From assembly GCA_963775425.1 (NCBI GenBank), contig CAVZJB010000008.1, positions 64,001-128,000 of the forward strand: a stretch of 64,000 bases of DNA. Reading direction: 5' to 3'. This document shows positions 51,235 through 60,457 of this stretch, piece after piece (the stretch's first letter is position 1; each line of letters opens with the position of its first letter). The notes under the pieces are model-generated. The model did not search any database and was not told where the DNA came from. It saw only the letters and a list, made by a program, of their open reading frames with translations. A program made the position numbers and the translations under genes. The stretch is from an uncultured delta proteobacterium (GTDB taxonomy: Bacteria > Myxococcota > UBA727 > VGSZ01).

Positions 51235-52977
51235 GTGGCGATCAGGAAGGTCCAGCAACAGCCCAAGGTCGCGCAAAAGCAGACGATTCCCGATCAGCAG
51301 GACGCGCTCGCGGCCCTGAAGGGCCAGGTCGACCGCGCGCTCAAGGACGGCAACTTCTCCCAGAAGGAGACCCGGGATCTGCAGGAGGCGCTCAAGGCGC
51401 GCCCGGACCTCAAGGCCGGCGTCGGCGCCCACCTGCAGTCTGAGCTGCAACGACTGCAGGACGCCGGCACCCCGGTGTCCGTCTCCGAGGTGGCGCTGTC
51501 CAAGCTCGGCCAGTCCGTCGGCCTCGACCTCAAGGAGCTGTTCTTCCGCCGTCAGGCGCAGTCCGGCGTCGTCGATCACGAGGTCGCGCAGGGGCTCGAC
51601 AAGACCGCCAAGACCGTCGGCGACGAGCACGACGTCGGAAAGCACAAGGCCGCCAGCGACACGCGCCTCGACATGCAAAAGGCCATCCTCGACGGCAAGA
51701 AGGGCGTCGTGGACCGCCCCGTCGGCGGCGCGAAGGGCAAGGCGTACGACGCCGCCGTCACGCTCGCGGAGCACGTCGAGGGCAAGCTCGACGAGCACCT
51801 CGGCGTCGAGGCCAAGGCCGCCAAGGACGTGCTGCGCGAGCCGCTGATCTCCACCGGCACCGCCGTCGTCGCCGAGATGAAGAGGGGCGACACGCTGAAG
51901 AAGCTCGGCGACGCCGTCTCCACGTTCGGCAAGCCCGGCTTCGGCGAGGCCCTCTCCGACGCCGCCTCCTCCGTCGGCGGCGACATCGTCAACGCGACCC
52001 ACATGACGGCCGTCGACACCGACGCGGTGAAGGCGTTCGTGGGCGGGACCACCTCCACGGTGGACAGGCTCAGCGCGCTCACCAAGGGCACCAAGCTCGA
52101 GGCGGCGGTGGCACAGCACGGCGGCAAGCTCGTCGAGGGCGTCACCGAGCTCGGCGCGAAGGTCACGCAGGGCGCCAAGGTCGCCACCGAGGGCGCCAAG
52201 GTCGCGTCCACGGCGTCGACGGCCGCGCAGGTGGGCACGGCGGCCGCCGAGGGCGCGCAGGTGGCCACGGCAGGGGCGGAGGCGGCGGGGCAGACGGTGC
52301 CCATCGTCGGCCAGGCGCTCGGCGTCGTCACCACGGGCCTCGCCACCGCGGAATTCATCGGGCACTGCCGCGGCAAGCCGAAGGACTGGAAGCGCATCGT
52401 CAGCGCCGGCGCCAACCTCATCGGGCAGGCCGTCGGCGTCTTCATCCCCTTCGTCGGCGCCGCCACCACCGCGGGCAAGCTCGCCGCGGACGCGGCGATG
52501 AACGCGCACGACAAGAAGGCCGGCAGGGAGCCGCCGCAGGTCGGCCTCGGCCAGGTGGCCCCCCACGTCGACAGCGCCACGTCGCTGTTGTCGCCGTTCC
52601 TCGACGCCGCCGGCTACGGCGACGCCGCGGGCAAGCTGCGCAACTACAACGAGCAGCTCAAGAAGCTCGGCGACAAGGGCGTGAGCTCGACGGAATTTGC
52701 GCAGATGAAGCCCGCCGAGCGCGACGAGATGATGCAGATGCTCGCCGCCGCCGGGCTCGAGCTCGAGAAGGTCGCGCCCGAGGCCAAGGGCACACCCTAC
52801 GAAGCGTCGGCGACGCTCCTCGGCGAGGGCTTCCGCCAGCTCATGGGCCTGTGGCGCAAGTCGAAGAACATCGACGCCGCCGACGATCCCGAGGCGGAGA
52901 AGAAGAAGGCCGCCGGCGAGGCCATGGAGGCGGCGGCCAAGGCCACCGTCGCCGAGGCCGCGGCCAACACGCCGTAG
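51235..52977 (+). CDS. Orphan 580-aa helical protein with central hydrophobic hairpin
   Basis: Strong codon bias, GGGGAG RBS; no recognisable family; two Gly/Ala-rich hydrophobic segments. Confidence 0.75.
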   Translation: MAIRKVQQQPKVAQKQTIPDQQDALAALKGQVDRALKDGNFSQKETRDLQEALKARPDLKAGVGAHLQSELQRLQDAGTPVSVSEVALSKLGQSVGLDLKELFFRRQAQSGVVDHEVAQGLDKTAKTVGDEHDVGKHKAASDTRLDMQKAILDGKKGVVDRPVGGAKGKAYDAAVTLAEHVEGKLDEHLGVEAKAAKDVLREPLISTGTAVVAEMKRGDTLKKLGDAVSTFGKPGFGEALSDAASSVGGDIVNATHMTAVDTDAVKAFVGGTTSTVDRLSALTKGTKLEAAVAQHGGKLVEGVTELGAKVTQGAKVATEGAKVASTASTAAQVGTAAAEGAQVATAGAEAAGQTVPIVGQALGVVTTGLATAEFIGHCRGKPKDWKRIVSAGANLIGQAVGVFIPFVGAATTAGKLAADAAMNAHDKKAGREPPQVGLGQVAPHVDSATSLLSPFLDAAGYGDAAGKLRNYNEQLKKLGDKGVSSTEFAQMKPAERDEMMQMLAAAGLELEKVAPEAKGTPYEASATLLGEGFRQLMGLWRKSKNIDAADDPEAEKKKAAGEAMEAAAKATVAEAAANTP

Positions 52978-53010
52978 CGCGCGGCCTACAAACGGCGCCC
53001 GAAATTCGTC

Positions 53011-53034
53011 ACGCGGCCGCTCGCTCCGGTCGCA
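53011..53034 (-). repeat. Dispersed repeat copy (TGCGACCGGAGCGAGCGGCCGCGT)
   Basis: 23/24 identity to the 4.07 kb unit; downstream of the orphan gene. Confidence 0.85.
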
Positions 53035-53115
53035 ACTCCCATCGCCCCGGGGGGTGGCGCATCTGCGACCATTCGCGCTAGATCGTCGACACACTTCGAT
53101 CGTGGGAGGAGCGGG

Positions 53116-54255
53116 ATGGGACTGTTCGACAAACTGAAGGGCGAGCTCGTCGACATCATCGAGTGGCTCGACGACACCAACGGGCAGACGCTGGTCTGGC
53201 GGTTCCCGCGCTATCAAAACGAGATCAAAAACGGCGCGCAGCTCATCGTGCGGCCCGGGCAGCAGGCGGTGTTCGTCAACGAGGGCCGCCTCGCCGACGT
53301 CTTCACCGAGGGGCGCCACGAGCTCAGCACCAACAACCTGCCGCTGTTGTCCACGCTCAAGGGCTGGAAGCACGGCTTCAACTCGCCCTTCAAGTGCGAG
53401 GTCTACTTCGTCTCCACCAAGGTCATCGGGCCGATGAAGTGGGGCACGCCGCAGCCGCTCATGCTGCGCGACCCCGACTTCGGCGTCATCCGCCTCGGCG
53501 CCTTCGGCACCTACGTGTTGCGGTGCACCGACGCCAAGCTGTTGCTGCGCCAGCTCGTCGGCACCGACGGCGTCTACGACACAAACGAGATCAACGAGGT
53601 GATGCGCTCGATCATCCAGTCGAGCTTCGCCAGCGTCCTCGGCAAGAACAAGGTCGCGGCGCTCGACCTGTTGTCGAGCTACGACGCGCTCGGCGAAGAG
53701 GTGCGCGCCACCGTCGCCACGCAGATCGACGACGAGTACGGCCTCGAGATCCCGAACCTCAAGGTCGTGAACATCAACGTGCCCGACGCGGTGCAAAAGG
53801 CCATCGACCAGCGCGCGTCGATGGGCGCGCTCGGCTCGAGCACGCTCGGCCCGGCGCCGAACATGGGCACCTTCCAGCAGTTCCAGATGGGCAACGCCAT
53901 GGCGCAGCCGGGCGGGCGCATGTCGCCGGGGATGGACCTCGGCATGGGCCTCGCCATGGCGGGGCAGATGGCAAACCAGTTCCAACAGCCCTCCATGCAG
54001 GTGCAGGCGCCGCCGCCGCTGCCCACCGCGCAGCAGTGGTACTTCGGCATCAACGGGCAGAACGTCGGCCCGCTGACCGTCGAGGTCGCCAAGCAGTTCG
54101 TGCAGATGGGGCAGCTCAAGGCGGACACCCTCGCGTGGACCAACGGCATGGGCGCGTGGACGCCCGCCGGCCAGGTCCCGCAGCTCGCGGCCCTCTTCGG
54201 CGGCGGCGGCCCCCCGCCGCTGCCCGGCGGCGGCCCGCCCCCGATGCCCAAGTAG
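53116..54255 (+). CDS. SPFH (band 7) domain protein with C-terminal GYF_2 domain
   Basis: DIIEW, EIKNGAQLIVR, FNSPFKCEVYF, KWGT; QNVGP..LAWTNGMGAW. Confidence 0.9.
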   Translation: MGLFDKLKGELVDIIEWLDDTNGQTLVWRFPRYQNEIKNGAQLIVRPGQQAVFVNEGRLADVFTEGRHELSTNNLPLLSTLKGWKHGFNSPFKCEVYFVSTKVIGPMKWGTPQPLMLRDPDFGVIRLGAFGTYVLRCTDAKLLLRQLVGTDGVYDTNEINEVMRSIIQSSFASVLGKNKVAALDLLSSYDALGEEVRATVATQIDDEYGLEIPNLKVVNINVPDAVQKAIDQRASMGALGSSTLGPAPNMGTFQQFQMGNAMAQPGGRMSPGMDLGMGLAMAGQMANQFQQPSMQVQAPPPLPTAQQWYFGINGQNVGPLTVEVAKQFVQMGQLKADTLAWTNGMGAWTPAGQVPQLAALFGGGGPPPLPGGGPPPMPK

Positions 54256-54314
54256 GCAGGGGGCTCGCCCCCTGCGCCGGACGGCCGCAGGCAGGGGGCT
54301 TGTCTCCGCGTCGG
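54252..54314 (+). repeat. Two GTAG-type REP-like palindromes
   Basis: GTAG-GCAGGGG-gctcg-CCCCTGC and GCAG-gcagggggcttgtctccgcgtcgg. Confidence 0.7.
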
Positions 54315-55477
54315 TGACGACGATGTCTCGACGGCGGCGCGACGGTCCCCGGCAGGCGGTGCGTTGGATCGGGGACGCCTTCGTCCTCGAGGGTGACCTC
54401 CGCGCCGGCGCGCCCGCCGTGTGGCGCGGCGGGCGCGAGCCGCAGTGCGCGCGGGTGTGCATCTCCGAGATGATGCGCGACTGGGAATTCGCGGTCGACG
54501 AAGCGCCGCTGGTCGCCGCCGCGGTCGCGCTCGCGGGGCCCGGCATCGTCCCTCGCTACGCCACGTACGCGCGCGACGACGACGTCGTGGTCGTCGAGGT
54601 CGACGTCGCGGACCTCTCGCTGCGCGACCTGATCACCGCCGCGAGCCCGCCCGGCGCGTCGACGGAGGCGCCCGTGGGGCTCGTGCTCTACGTCCTGCGC
54701 GAGCTCGTGCGCGCCTGTGAGATGGCCGGCGACGTGCCGCTCGACCTCCACCCCGCGCGCATCGCCGTCGCCTGGGACGGCCGGGTCCTCCTGCGCCCGC
54801 TGACGCAGCACGAGGAGCTCGACGATCTCGTCGCCTGGCGCGACGATCCCGTCGACGCCGCCGCGTACTTCACCCCGCCGGCCGAGCCGCGCCTCGAGCA
54901 ACAGCTCGTCGCCGGCGCCCTCGCGTACGAGCTCGCCACCGGCCGGCACCCGTTCAAGCCCGCGGCCGCCGCCGCCGACGACGAGCGCGACGACGACGAC
55001 GACGACGAGGATGATGACGAGGACGATGACGACGACGACGAGGAAGCCTACGTCGCCGGGATGCGCGCGCGCATGGACGCCGGCGAGCACGAACGCATCG
55101 TGGGCGCGCCCGCGCTCGCGACGGTGATCGAGCGCTTCATCGGGCGCGCGTTCGCGTCCTGGGCCGCCGCTGCCGCCGCCGTCGACGACGCGCTCGCCGA
55201 CGAGCCCTTCGACGCGCGCTCGCTCGCCGGGATGCTGCGCGGGCTCTTCGAAGACACGCACGCCGCGTGCGCGCTCGAGCGCGAGGATCGGCTGCAGGTG
55301 ATGCCCGGCCCGCGCGTGGAGCTCGAGCCGTGGGCGCCGCTCGACCCCGAGTCCGTCGAGGGCGACACCAACGGCTACGAGGTCGTCGACCTCGACGACG
55401 TGCGCGAGGGCCGCGGGGGCTTCGATGAGCCCTACGAGCCCGCGGTGGAGCCCGTCGATCCCTTCGACGACGACTGA
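54314..55477 (+). CDS. Pseudokinase-like protein with acidic tracts (start uncertain)
   Basis: Kinase-like order PGIV..LSLRDL..LDLHPARIAVAWDG..AYF..YELATGRHPF; HRD, catalytic Asn and DFG absent. Confidence 0.55.
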   Translation: MTTMSRRRRDGPRQAVRWIGDAFVLEGDLRAGAPAVWRGGREPQCARVCISEMMRDWEFAVDEAPLVAAAVALAGPGIVPRYATYARDDDVVVVEVDVADLSLRDLITAASPPGASTEAPVGLVLYVLRELVRACEMAGDVPLDLHPARIAVAWDGRVLLRPLTQHEELDDLVAWRDDPVDAAAYFTPPAEPRLEQQLVAGALAYELATGRHPFKPAAAAADDERDDDDDDEDDDEDDDDDDEEAYVAGMRARMDAGEHERIVGAPALATVIERFIGRAFASWAAAAAAVDDALADEPFDARSLAGMLRGLFEDTHAACALEREDRLQVMPGPRVELEPWAPLDPESVEGDTNGYEVVDLDDVREGRGGFDEPYEPAVEPVDPFDDD

Positions 55478-55531
55478 CGGCCCGCGAGGACCGCGCGCGC
55501 CGCGCCGTCGTGCGGTACCCTCTCCGCACCG

Positions 55532-56629
55532 ATGACGTCGGCACGCCCGTTCTGTCTCGCGCTCCTCGCGGCCGCCTGTTGCTCGTGCGCAGGCGCGCCG
55601 TCGGCGACGGCGCGGGCGTGGCCCGAGGCCGACGCGCTCTTTCGCCACGACGTCGACGGCGTTGACGACGGCGGCGAGCGCCCGCGTTTCCTCGGCGCCG
55701 ACAGCGCGTACGCCGCACCGCTGCCGGGCGGCCGCGTGCTCTGGCTCTTCGGCGACACCTTCGTCTCCACGGCGCCGCCGCCCGCCGGCGACCCCCGCGC
55801 GGGATCGCGCATGGTGCGCAACTCCGTGGCCGTCATGAACGGCCGCGACCCTTCCGCCGCCACGACGAGCATCCGCTTCTTCTTCGGCGCCGGCGCCGAC
55901 GGCCCCGCGTCGTTCTTCCCCGACGCCGGCGACGGCTGGACCTGGCCGGGCACGCCGGCGCTCGTGCGCGATCCGGCGACGGCCACCGACAAGCTCCTGC
56001 TCTTCCTTTGGAAGATGGCGCCGTCCGACGGCGGGCTCGGCTTCGCGCTCGACCACACCGAGGCCGTCCTCGTCGAAAACCCCGCCGACGTCCCGCCCGC
56101 GTGGCGCACTGTCCCCGTGCCCGTCGCGGACGCCGTCGACGGTTTTCGGCTCGGGACCGGCGGCGCCCTCGTCGACGGCGACACGCTCTTCCTCCTCGCC
56201 GCGCGCGAGCCCGGCGACCACGAGATGGCGCTGTTCTCCGTGCCCGCGGCCGACGCCGCCCGCGGCGACCTCTCGGCGCTCGCGCTCAAAGGCGACGCCG
56301 GCTTCCGCGGCCAGACGGAGCTGTCGCTCACGCACGCGGCGGGCGCGTTCGAGGTCGTCGACGTGGACGGCTTCGGCCAGGCGCCCATCGAGCTGCGCAC
56401 CGTGAGCTCGCTGTCGGCGCCTTCGTTCAGCGCGCCGGCCGTCGTGTACCGCGAGCCCGAGATCGACAGGGACGGCGTCCTCCTCTATTCGGCGAAGGCG
56501 CACCCCGAGCTGTCCGGCGCCGACCTCGTCGTCACCTACTGCAGCAACCACACGGACTTCGCCACGCTCACGAGCGACCCGAGCCTCTACTTCCCGCGCT
56601 TCGTGCGCATCACGCTGGAGAAGCGATAG
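55532..56629 (+). CDS. DUF5005/DUF4185-like lipoprotein
   Basis: GADSAY..LPGGRVLWLFGDTF, MVRNS, AKAHPEL, YFPRF. Confidence 0.75.
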   Translation: MTSARPFCLALLAAACCSCAGAPSATARAWPEADALFRHDVDGVDDGGERPRFLGADSAYAAPLPGGRVLWLFGDTFVSTAPPPAGDPRAGSRMVRNSVAVMNGRDPSAATTSIRFFFGAGADGPASFFPDAGDGWTWPGTPALVRDPATATDKLLLFLWKMAPSDGGLGFALDHTEAVLVENPADVPPAWRTVPVPVADAVDGFRLGTGGALVDGDTLFLLAAREPGDHEMALFSVPAADAARGDLSALALKGDAGFRGQTELSLTHAAGAFEVVDVDGFGQAPIELRTVSSLSAPSFSAPAVVYREPEIDRDGVLLYSAKAHPELSGADLVVTYCSNHTDFATLTSDPSLYFPRFVRITLEKR

Positions 56630-56631
56630 CG

Positions 56632-57762
56632 ATGACGTCTTCGACGATTCCCCCCTCCGAGGGTCAAGGTGGTTTCGGCGAGCTGGGAGCGCAGAAGACG
56701 TTCCCCTGCGAAAACTGCGGCGCCAAGCTCACGTTCTCCATCGGCGCGCAGAAGCTCAAGTGCGACCACTGCGGCTACGAAAAAGAGCTCGAGTTCGCGG
56801 AAGGCGCCAAGGTCGAGGAGAAGGACCTGATGGGCGCGCTGTCCAAGCAGGCCACGCGGCGCGCGTCGACCGGGCAGTTCGCGGGCACGCACGAGGTGAA
56901 GTGCGGCTCCTGCGGCGCCATCGTGGTGTTCTCGGGCTCGCTGACGTCGTCGAAGTGCAGCTACTGCGACGCGCCCATCCAGCGCGAGAACGCGCACGCG
57001 GCGCAGCAGCGCTTGCCCGTGGACGGCCTGTGCACCTTCCTCATCGAGAAGGACGCGGCGTCCATCAAGCTCAAGGACTGGGTGAAGAGCCGCTGGTTCG
57101 CGCCGGGCGAGTTCAAGAAGCGCGGCGTCGCCGGGGGCTTCGACGGTGTGTACATGCCGTACTTCACCTTCGACGCCATGACGCACACCCGCTACGCGGG
57201 CGAGCGCGGCGACGCCTACTACGTCGACGTCGGCTCCGGCGACAACAAGCGGCGCGAGCGCCGCGTGAAGTGGTCCAGCACGCGCGGCGCCTTCCAGCGC
57301 TTCTTCGACGACGTGTGCATCCCGGCGTTGAAGAGCCTGCCGCAGAAGCTCCTGCAGAAGCTCGAGCCGTGGCCGCTCGAAAAGAGCGTGCCGTTTTCCG
57401 ATGAGGCGCTCTCGGGCAAGCTCGCGCACACGTACGAGATCGAGCTCGAAGAGAGCTTCGGCAAGGCCAAGCAGCGCATCGAGACCACGCTCACCTCCGA
57501 CGTGAAGAAGCGCATCGGCGGCGACGAGCAGCGCGTTCACTCCATGGACGTGAACTACAGCGCGCTCACGTACAAGCACGTGTTGTTGCCCGTGTGGATC
57601 CTCGCGTACCGCTACGCCGACAAGACGTATCGCGTGGTGGTGAACGCGATGACGGGCCAGGTCTCGGGCGAGCGTCCCTACTCGCCGATCAAGATCGCGC
57701 TCGCCGTCATCGCCGGCGTCGCCGTCGCCGCGGCCATCTGGTACTTCACGCGCCGCCACTGA
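56632..57762 (+). CDS. Multi-Zn-ribbon membrane protein (usual SPFH partner)
   Basis: Four CxxC pairs (CENCGA, CDHCG, CGSCGA, CSYC), YMPYFTFD, LLPVWI, NAMTG..GERPYS, C-terminal TM. Confidence 0.82.
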   Translation: MTSSTIPPSEGQGGFGELGAQKTFPCENCGAKLTFSIGAQKLKCDHCGYEKELEFAEGAKVEEKDLMGALSKQATRRASTGQFAGTHEVKCGSCGAIVVFSGSLTSSKCSYCDAPIQRENAHAAQQRLPVDGLCTFLIEKDAASIKLKDWVKSRWFAPGEFKKRGVAGGFDGVYMPYFTFDAMTHTRYAGERGDAYYVDVGSGDNKRRERRVKWSSTRGAFQRFFDDVCIPALKSLPQKLLQKLEPWPLEKSVPFSDEALSGKLAHTYEIELEESFGKAKQRIETTLTSDVKKRIGGDEQRVHSMDVNYSALTYKHVLLPVWILAYRYADKTYRVVVNAMTGQVSGERPYSPIKIALAVIAGVAVAAAIWYFTRRH

Positions 57763-57883
57763 AAGGGTGACGCGCAACGTGATCCGTGCCGCGCCGACGC
57801 CTCGGGGCGGCACGGGCAGTCCATTCGCGACGTCGGCGACGTCGACGACCCTGCGGGGCTTGACGTCGGCTGCGTCGACGCCC

Positions 57884-57970
57884 CGTAGGGCGGGGGCTTG
57901 TCCCCCGCGTCGGAAAGGCACGTGGACGTTGCCGGTGTCTCCGACGCGCCCCACACGGGGGCGCCCTACG
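57884..57970. repeat. REPIN-like element (GTAG...CTAC)
   Basis: cgtagggcg/cgccctacg ends, internal cgcgtcgga/tccgacgcg pairing; left arm matches the 54.25 kb REPs. Confidence 0.72.
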
Positions 57971-58110
57971 TCTCGATGCCCTGCGTGCCGTGTCGACGTG
58001 TGCGGCGACGACGGCGCCGGCCGTCGCCCCGACGCGAGAACGGCGACGAACGCCCTGCCGCCGTGAATGTCGTAGCGCCGCTGAGCGCAGTTGTGGCTCG
58101 CTGACCCGGC

Positions 58111-58356
58111 CTATTTCCATTCGCCCGCGGCGAGGACCTTTTCCTTCGGCAGCGACATGACCACCGAGCGCTTCTTTCCGTCGGCACGGGTGGCGGCCAC
58201 CACGCGCACCAACGTGCGCTTGAGCCGCGCGTTGCGGGGCGGCTCGCCGGGGCGAAGGCCCGTGAGGCCGTCGTTCACGTTGATCTCGATGGTCCGCTCG
58301 GTGCCGGCAGGCTCGCCGAGGAGCTTCTTCGCCGCTTGCTGCAGGGTCTCACGCAT
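58111..58356 (-). CDS. Small hypothetical protein
   Basis: 81 aa ORF with plausible codon use, divergent from the YaiI-family gene. Confidence 0.55.
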   Translation of the reverse strand: MRETLQQAAKKLLGEPAGTERTIEINVNDGLTGLRPGEPPRNARLKRTLVRVVAATRADGKKRSVVMSLPKEKVLAAGEWK

Positions 58357-58431
58357 GCCGCGGGGTCACACGCCGCGCGGGCGAGCACAATCACCTCCGC
58401 CGCGGGCCCCGGCACGGCGTAGCATCGGGTC

Positions 58432-58887
58432 GTGCCCAGGAAGATCTTCATCGACGCCGACGCGAGCCCGCGGGACGTCAAGGACGTCGTCTTTCGTGCC
58501 TCCGCGCGCCTGTCGGTCGCCGTCGTCGTGGTCGCCAACAAGGCGATGTTCGTGCCGCGCTCGCCGCTGGTGTCCATGGTGCAGGTGCGCGGCGGGCCCG
58601 ACGTCGCCGACGACCACATCGTGGCCGCCGCCGTCGCCGGCGACATCGCCGTGACGCACGACATCCCGCTCGCCGCGCGGCTCGTCGACAAGAACGTCGT
58701 CGTCATCGATCCGCGCGGCGAGATCTACGACCGCGAAAACGTCGGCGAGCGATTGTCGGTCCGCGACTTCATGGCCGAGGTGCGCGACGCCGGCGTCACC
58801 ACCGGTGGGCCGGCGCCGTTTTCGGCGCGCGACAAGCAACGCTTCGCGAGCGCCCTCGATCGCGCGCTTCACGCCGGCCGCCGCTGA
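58432..58887 (+). CDS. YaiI/YqxD (DUF188) family protein
   Basis: IFIDADASP, DVADDHI, VTHDIPLA, PRG, GGPAPF. Confidence 0.92.
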   Translation: MPRKIFIDADASPRDVKDVVFRASARLSVAVVVVANKAMFVPRSPLVSMVQVRGGPDVADDHIVAAAVAGDIAVTHDIPLAARLVDKNVVVIDPRGEIYDRENVGERLSVRDFMAEVRDAGVTTGGPAPFSARDKQRFASALDRALHAGRR

Positions 58888-58896
58888 CGCCGCTGC

Positions 58897-59252
58897 GCTC
58901 GGAGGCTGACGCGTAACGTGATCCATCGGGATCCGCGTCATCGCTGATCCGAGCCACCCGGAAGGGGACGGTGCTACGGCTACACGCCGGAGCGGAAAGG
59001 AGCGGGAGGGCTCGGCGACGAAGACGCGCGCCGAGTTGAGCGCCGGGGCGCCGAGCTCTCCGCTCCTTTCCGCTCCGGCGGTGGCGACGTTGTCTAGCCT
59101 TCGCGAGTCCGCGCCGACGTCGCATCGAGGCACGTCGGCGCGCACACGACCCGCACGAACCCGCCACGTGCGCTGATAGCAAGATCACAACACCGCTCGG
59201 ACCCGCCGTTTCCTCACAACCTGCAGCGGTTCTTGCGCGCCGACGTGCCTCG
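58897..59252. other. Highly structured intergenic region (nested long inverted repeats)
   Basis: 58985-59017 pairs with 59049-59080 (21 bp perfect); 59126-59144 pairs with 59234-59252 (19 bp perfect); smaller stems upstream. Confidence 0.75.
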
Positions 59253-59330
59253 CCACGTACTCCGCGCGGCGAGCCACCTTGTGGGCGGCTTCGCCGAGTG
59301 CTGCGACGAGCCCTATTTTTCTTCAGCCTT

Positions 59331-59681
59331 TCACCCCTGACACTTGCCGGTGCCCGTGTTGCACGTCTCGTCGCCGGCGCAGTCGCTGTCGCTCGTGCAG
59401 CTCGCGCCGCCGCCGGTGCCGTCCTTGGCCGGCGAGAAGCACTTGCCGGTGCTCGCGTCGCAGTTGTCGCCGGTGGGGCAGGTGGCGTCCGTGGTGCACG
59501 GCTTTCCGTCGGTGGTGTCGACGGGATCAGCGCAGGAGCCGTTGGTATCGCACAGGCCCGACGCACAGTCGGCGTCGGCGTTGCAGTCGTCGCCGACCTG
59601 GGAGAGCTGTTTGCCACAGCCCAGCGACACGAGGACAACGACGGCGAAGAGGGAGCAGAGGGAGAAGGTCTTGTGAAGCAT
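59331..59681 (-). CDS. Small Cys-rich repeat lipoprotein
   Basis: Lipobox SLGC; three CxxDxxC..C..GxC repeats; GAGGTG RBS. Confidence 0.8.
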   Translation of the reverse strand: MLHKTFSLCSLFAVVVLVSLGCGKQLSQVGDDCNADADCASGLCDTNGSCADPVDTTDGKPCTTDATCPTGDNCDASTGKCFSPAKDGTGGGASCTSDSDCAGDETCNTGTGKCQG

Positions 59682-59782
59682 GAGCACCTCGCGTCCTCTA
59701 CGTCGACGACGAGGGCGCACGATCGGGGCGCGGCGCCCCGGCGGGGCGAGACCGCGGCGGCTCCATGTTCTATGCTGGCGGC

Positions 59783-60442
59783 ATGGCTCTTCGACTCGTC
59801 TCCCACCGCGCCTGCCCCTATGTGCAGCGCGCGGTCATCGTGCTCCTCGAGAAGGACGTCCCCCACGAGACGCAATACGTGGACCTCGCCAACAAGCCCC
59901 CGTGGTTCCTGGAGCTGTCGCCGCGCGGCAAGGTGCCGCTGCTCGTCGTCGACGGCGGCGCGGTGCTCTTCGAGTCCGCCGCCATCTGCGAGTTCCTCGA
60001 GGAGACCAACGCGCCGCCGCTGATGCCCGCCGACCCCGTCCAGCGCGCCCGCGACCGCGCGTGGGGCGCGTTCAGCGCGGAGCTCCTCTTCACGCCCATG
60101 TACCTGCTGTCCACGACGGACAAGCCCGACGAGCTCGCCCGGCTGCTCGACGGCGTGCGCACAACGCTCACGCGCCTCGACGCCGAGCTCGCGGGCCGGC
60201 AGTGGCTGTCCGGCGACGGGTCCCGCTTCGGCATGGCCGACGCATTCACGGCCCCGTTCTTCGTTCGCGCCGCCATCGTCGGCGACGCCGCGCGCTCGCC
60301 CATCCCCGACGGGCTCGACAACGTCCGCGCCTACGGCGAGCGGATCCTCGCGCGCGACAGCGTCACGCGCTCCACGCCGGACGGCCTCGCCGCCGACACC
60401 GTGAAGCTCATGCGCGCCAAGAACGCCGCCATTCTTCAATAG
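59783..60442 (+). CDS. Glutathione S-transferase family
   Basis: CPYVQR, SPRGKVPLL, FESAAICEFL. Confidence 0.92.
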   Translation: MALRLVSHRACPYVQRAVIVLLEKDVPHETQYVDLANKPPWFLELSPRGKVPLLVVDGGAVLFESAAICEFLEETNAPPLMPADPVQRARDRAWGAFSAELLFTPMYLLSTTDKPDELARLLDGVRTTLTRLDAELAGRQWLSGDGSRFGMADAFTAPFFVRAAIVGDAARSPIPDGLDNVRAYGERILARDSVTRSTPDGLAADTVKLMRAKNAAILQ

Positions 60443-60457
60443 ACGGCGAGCTGCGGC

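Noticed and set aside
49900-54546. 1548-aa minus-strand ORF (also 41622-44990, 13613-16312, 4177-6324, 15896-18373)
   Set aside because: Shadow ORFs antisense or off-frame to well-supported genes; expected in very GC-rich DNA; no motifs
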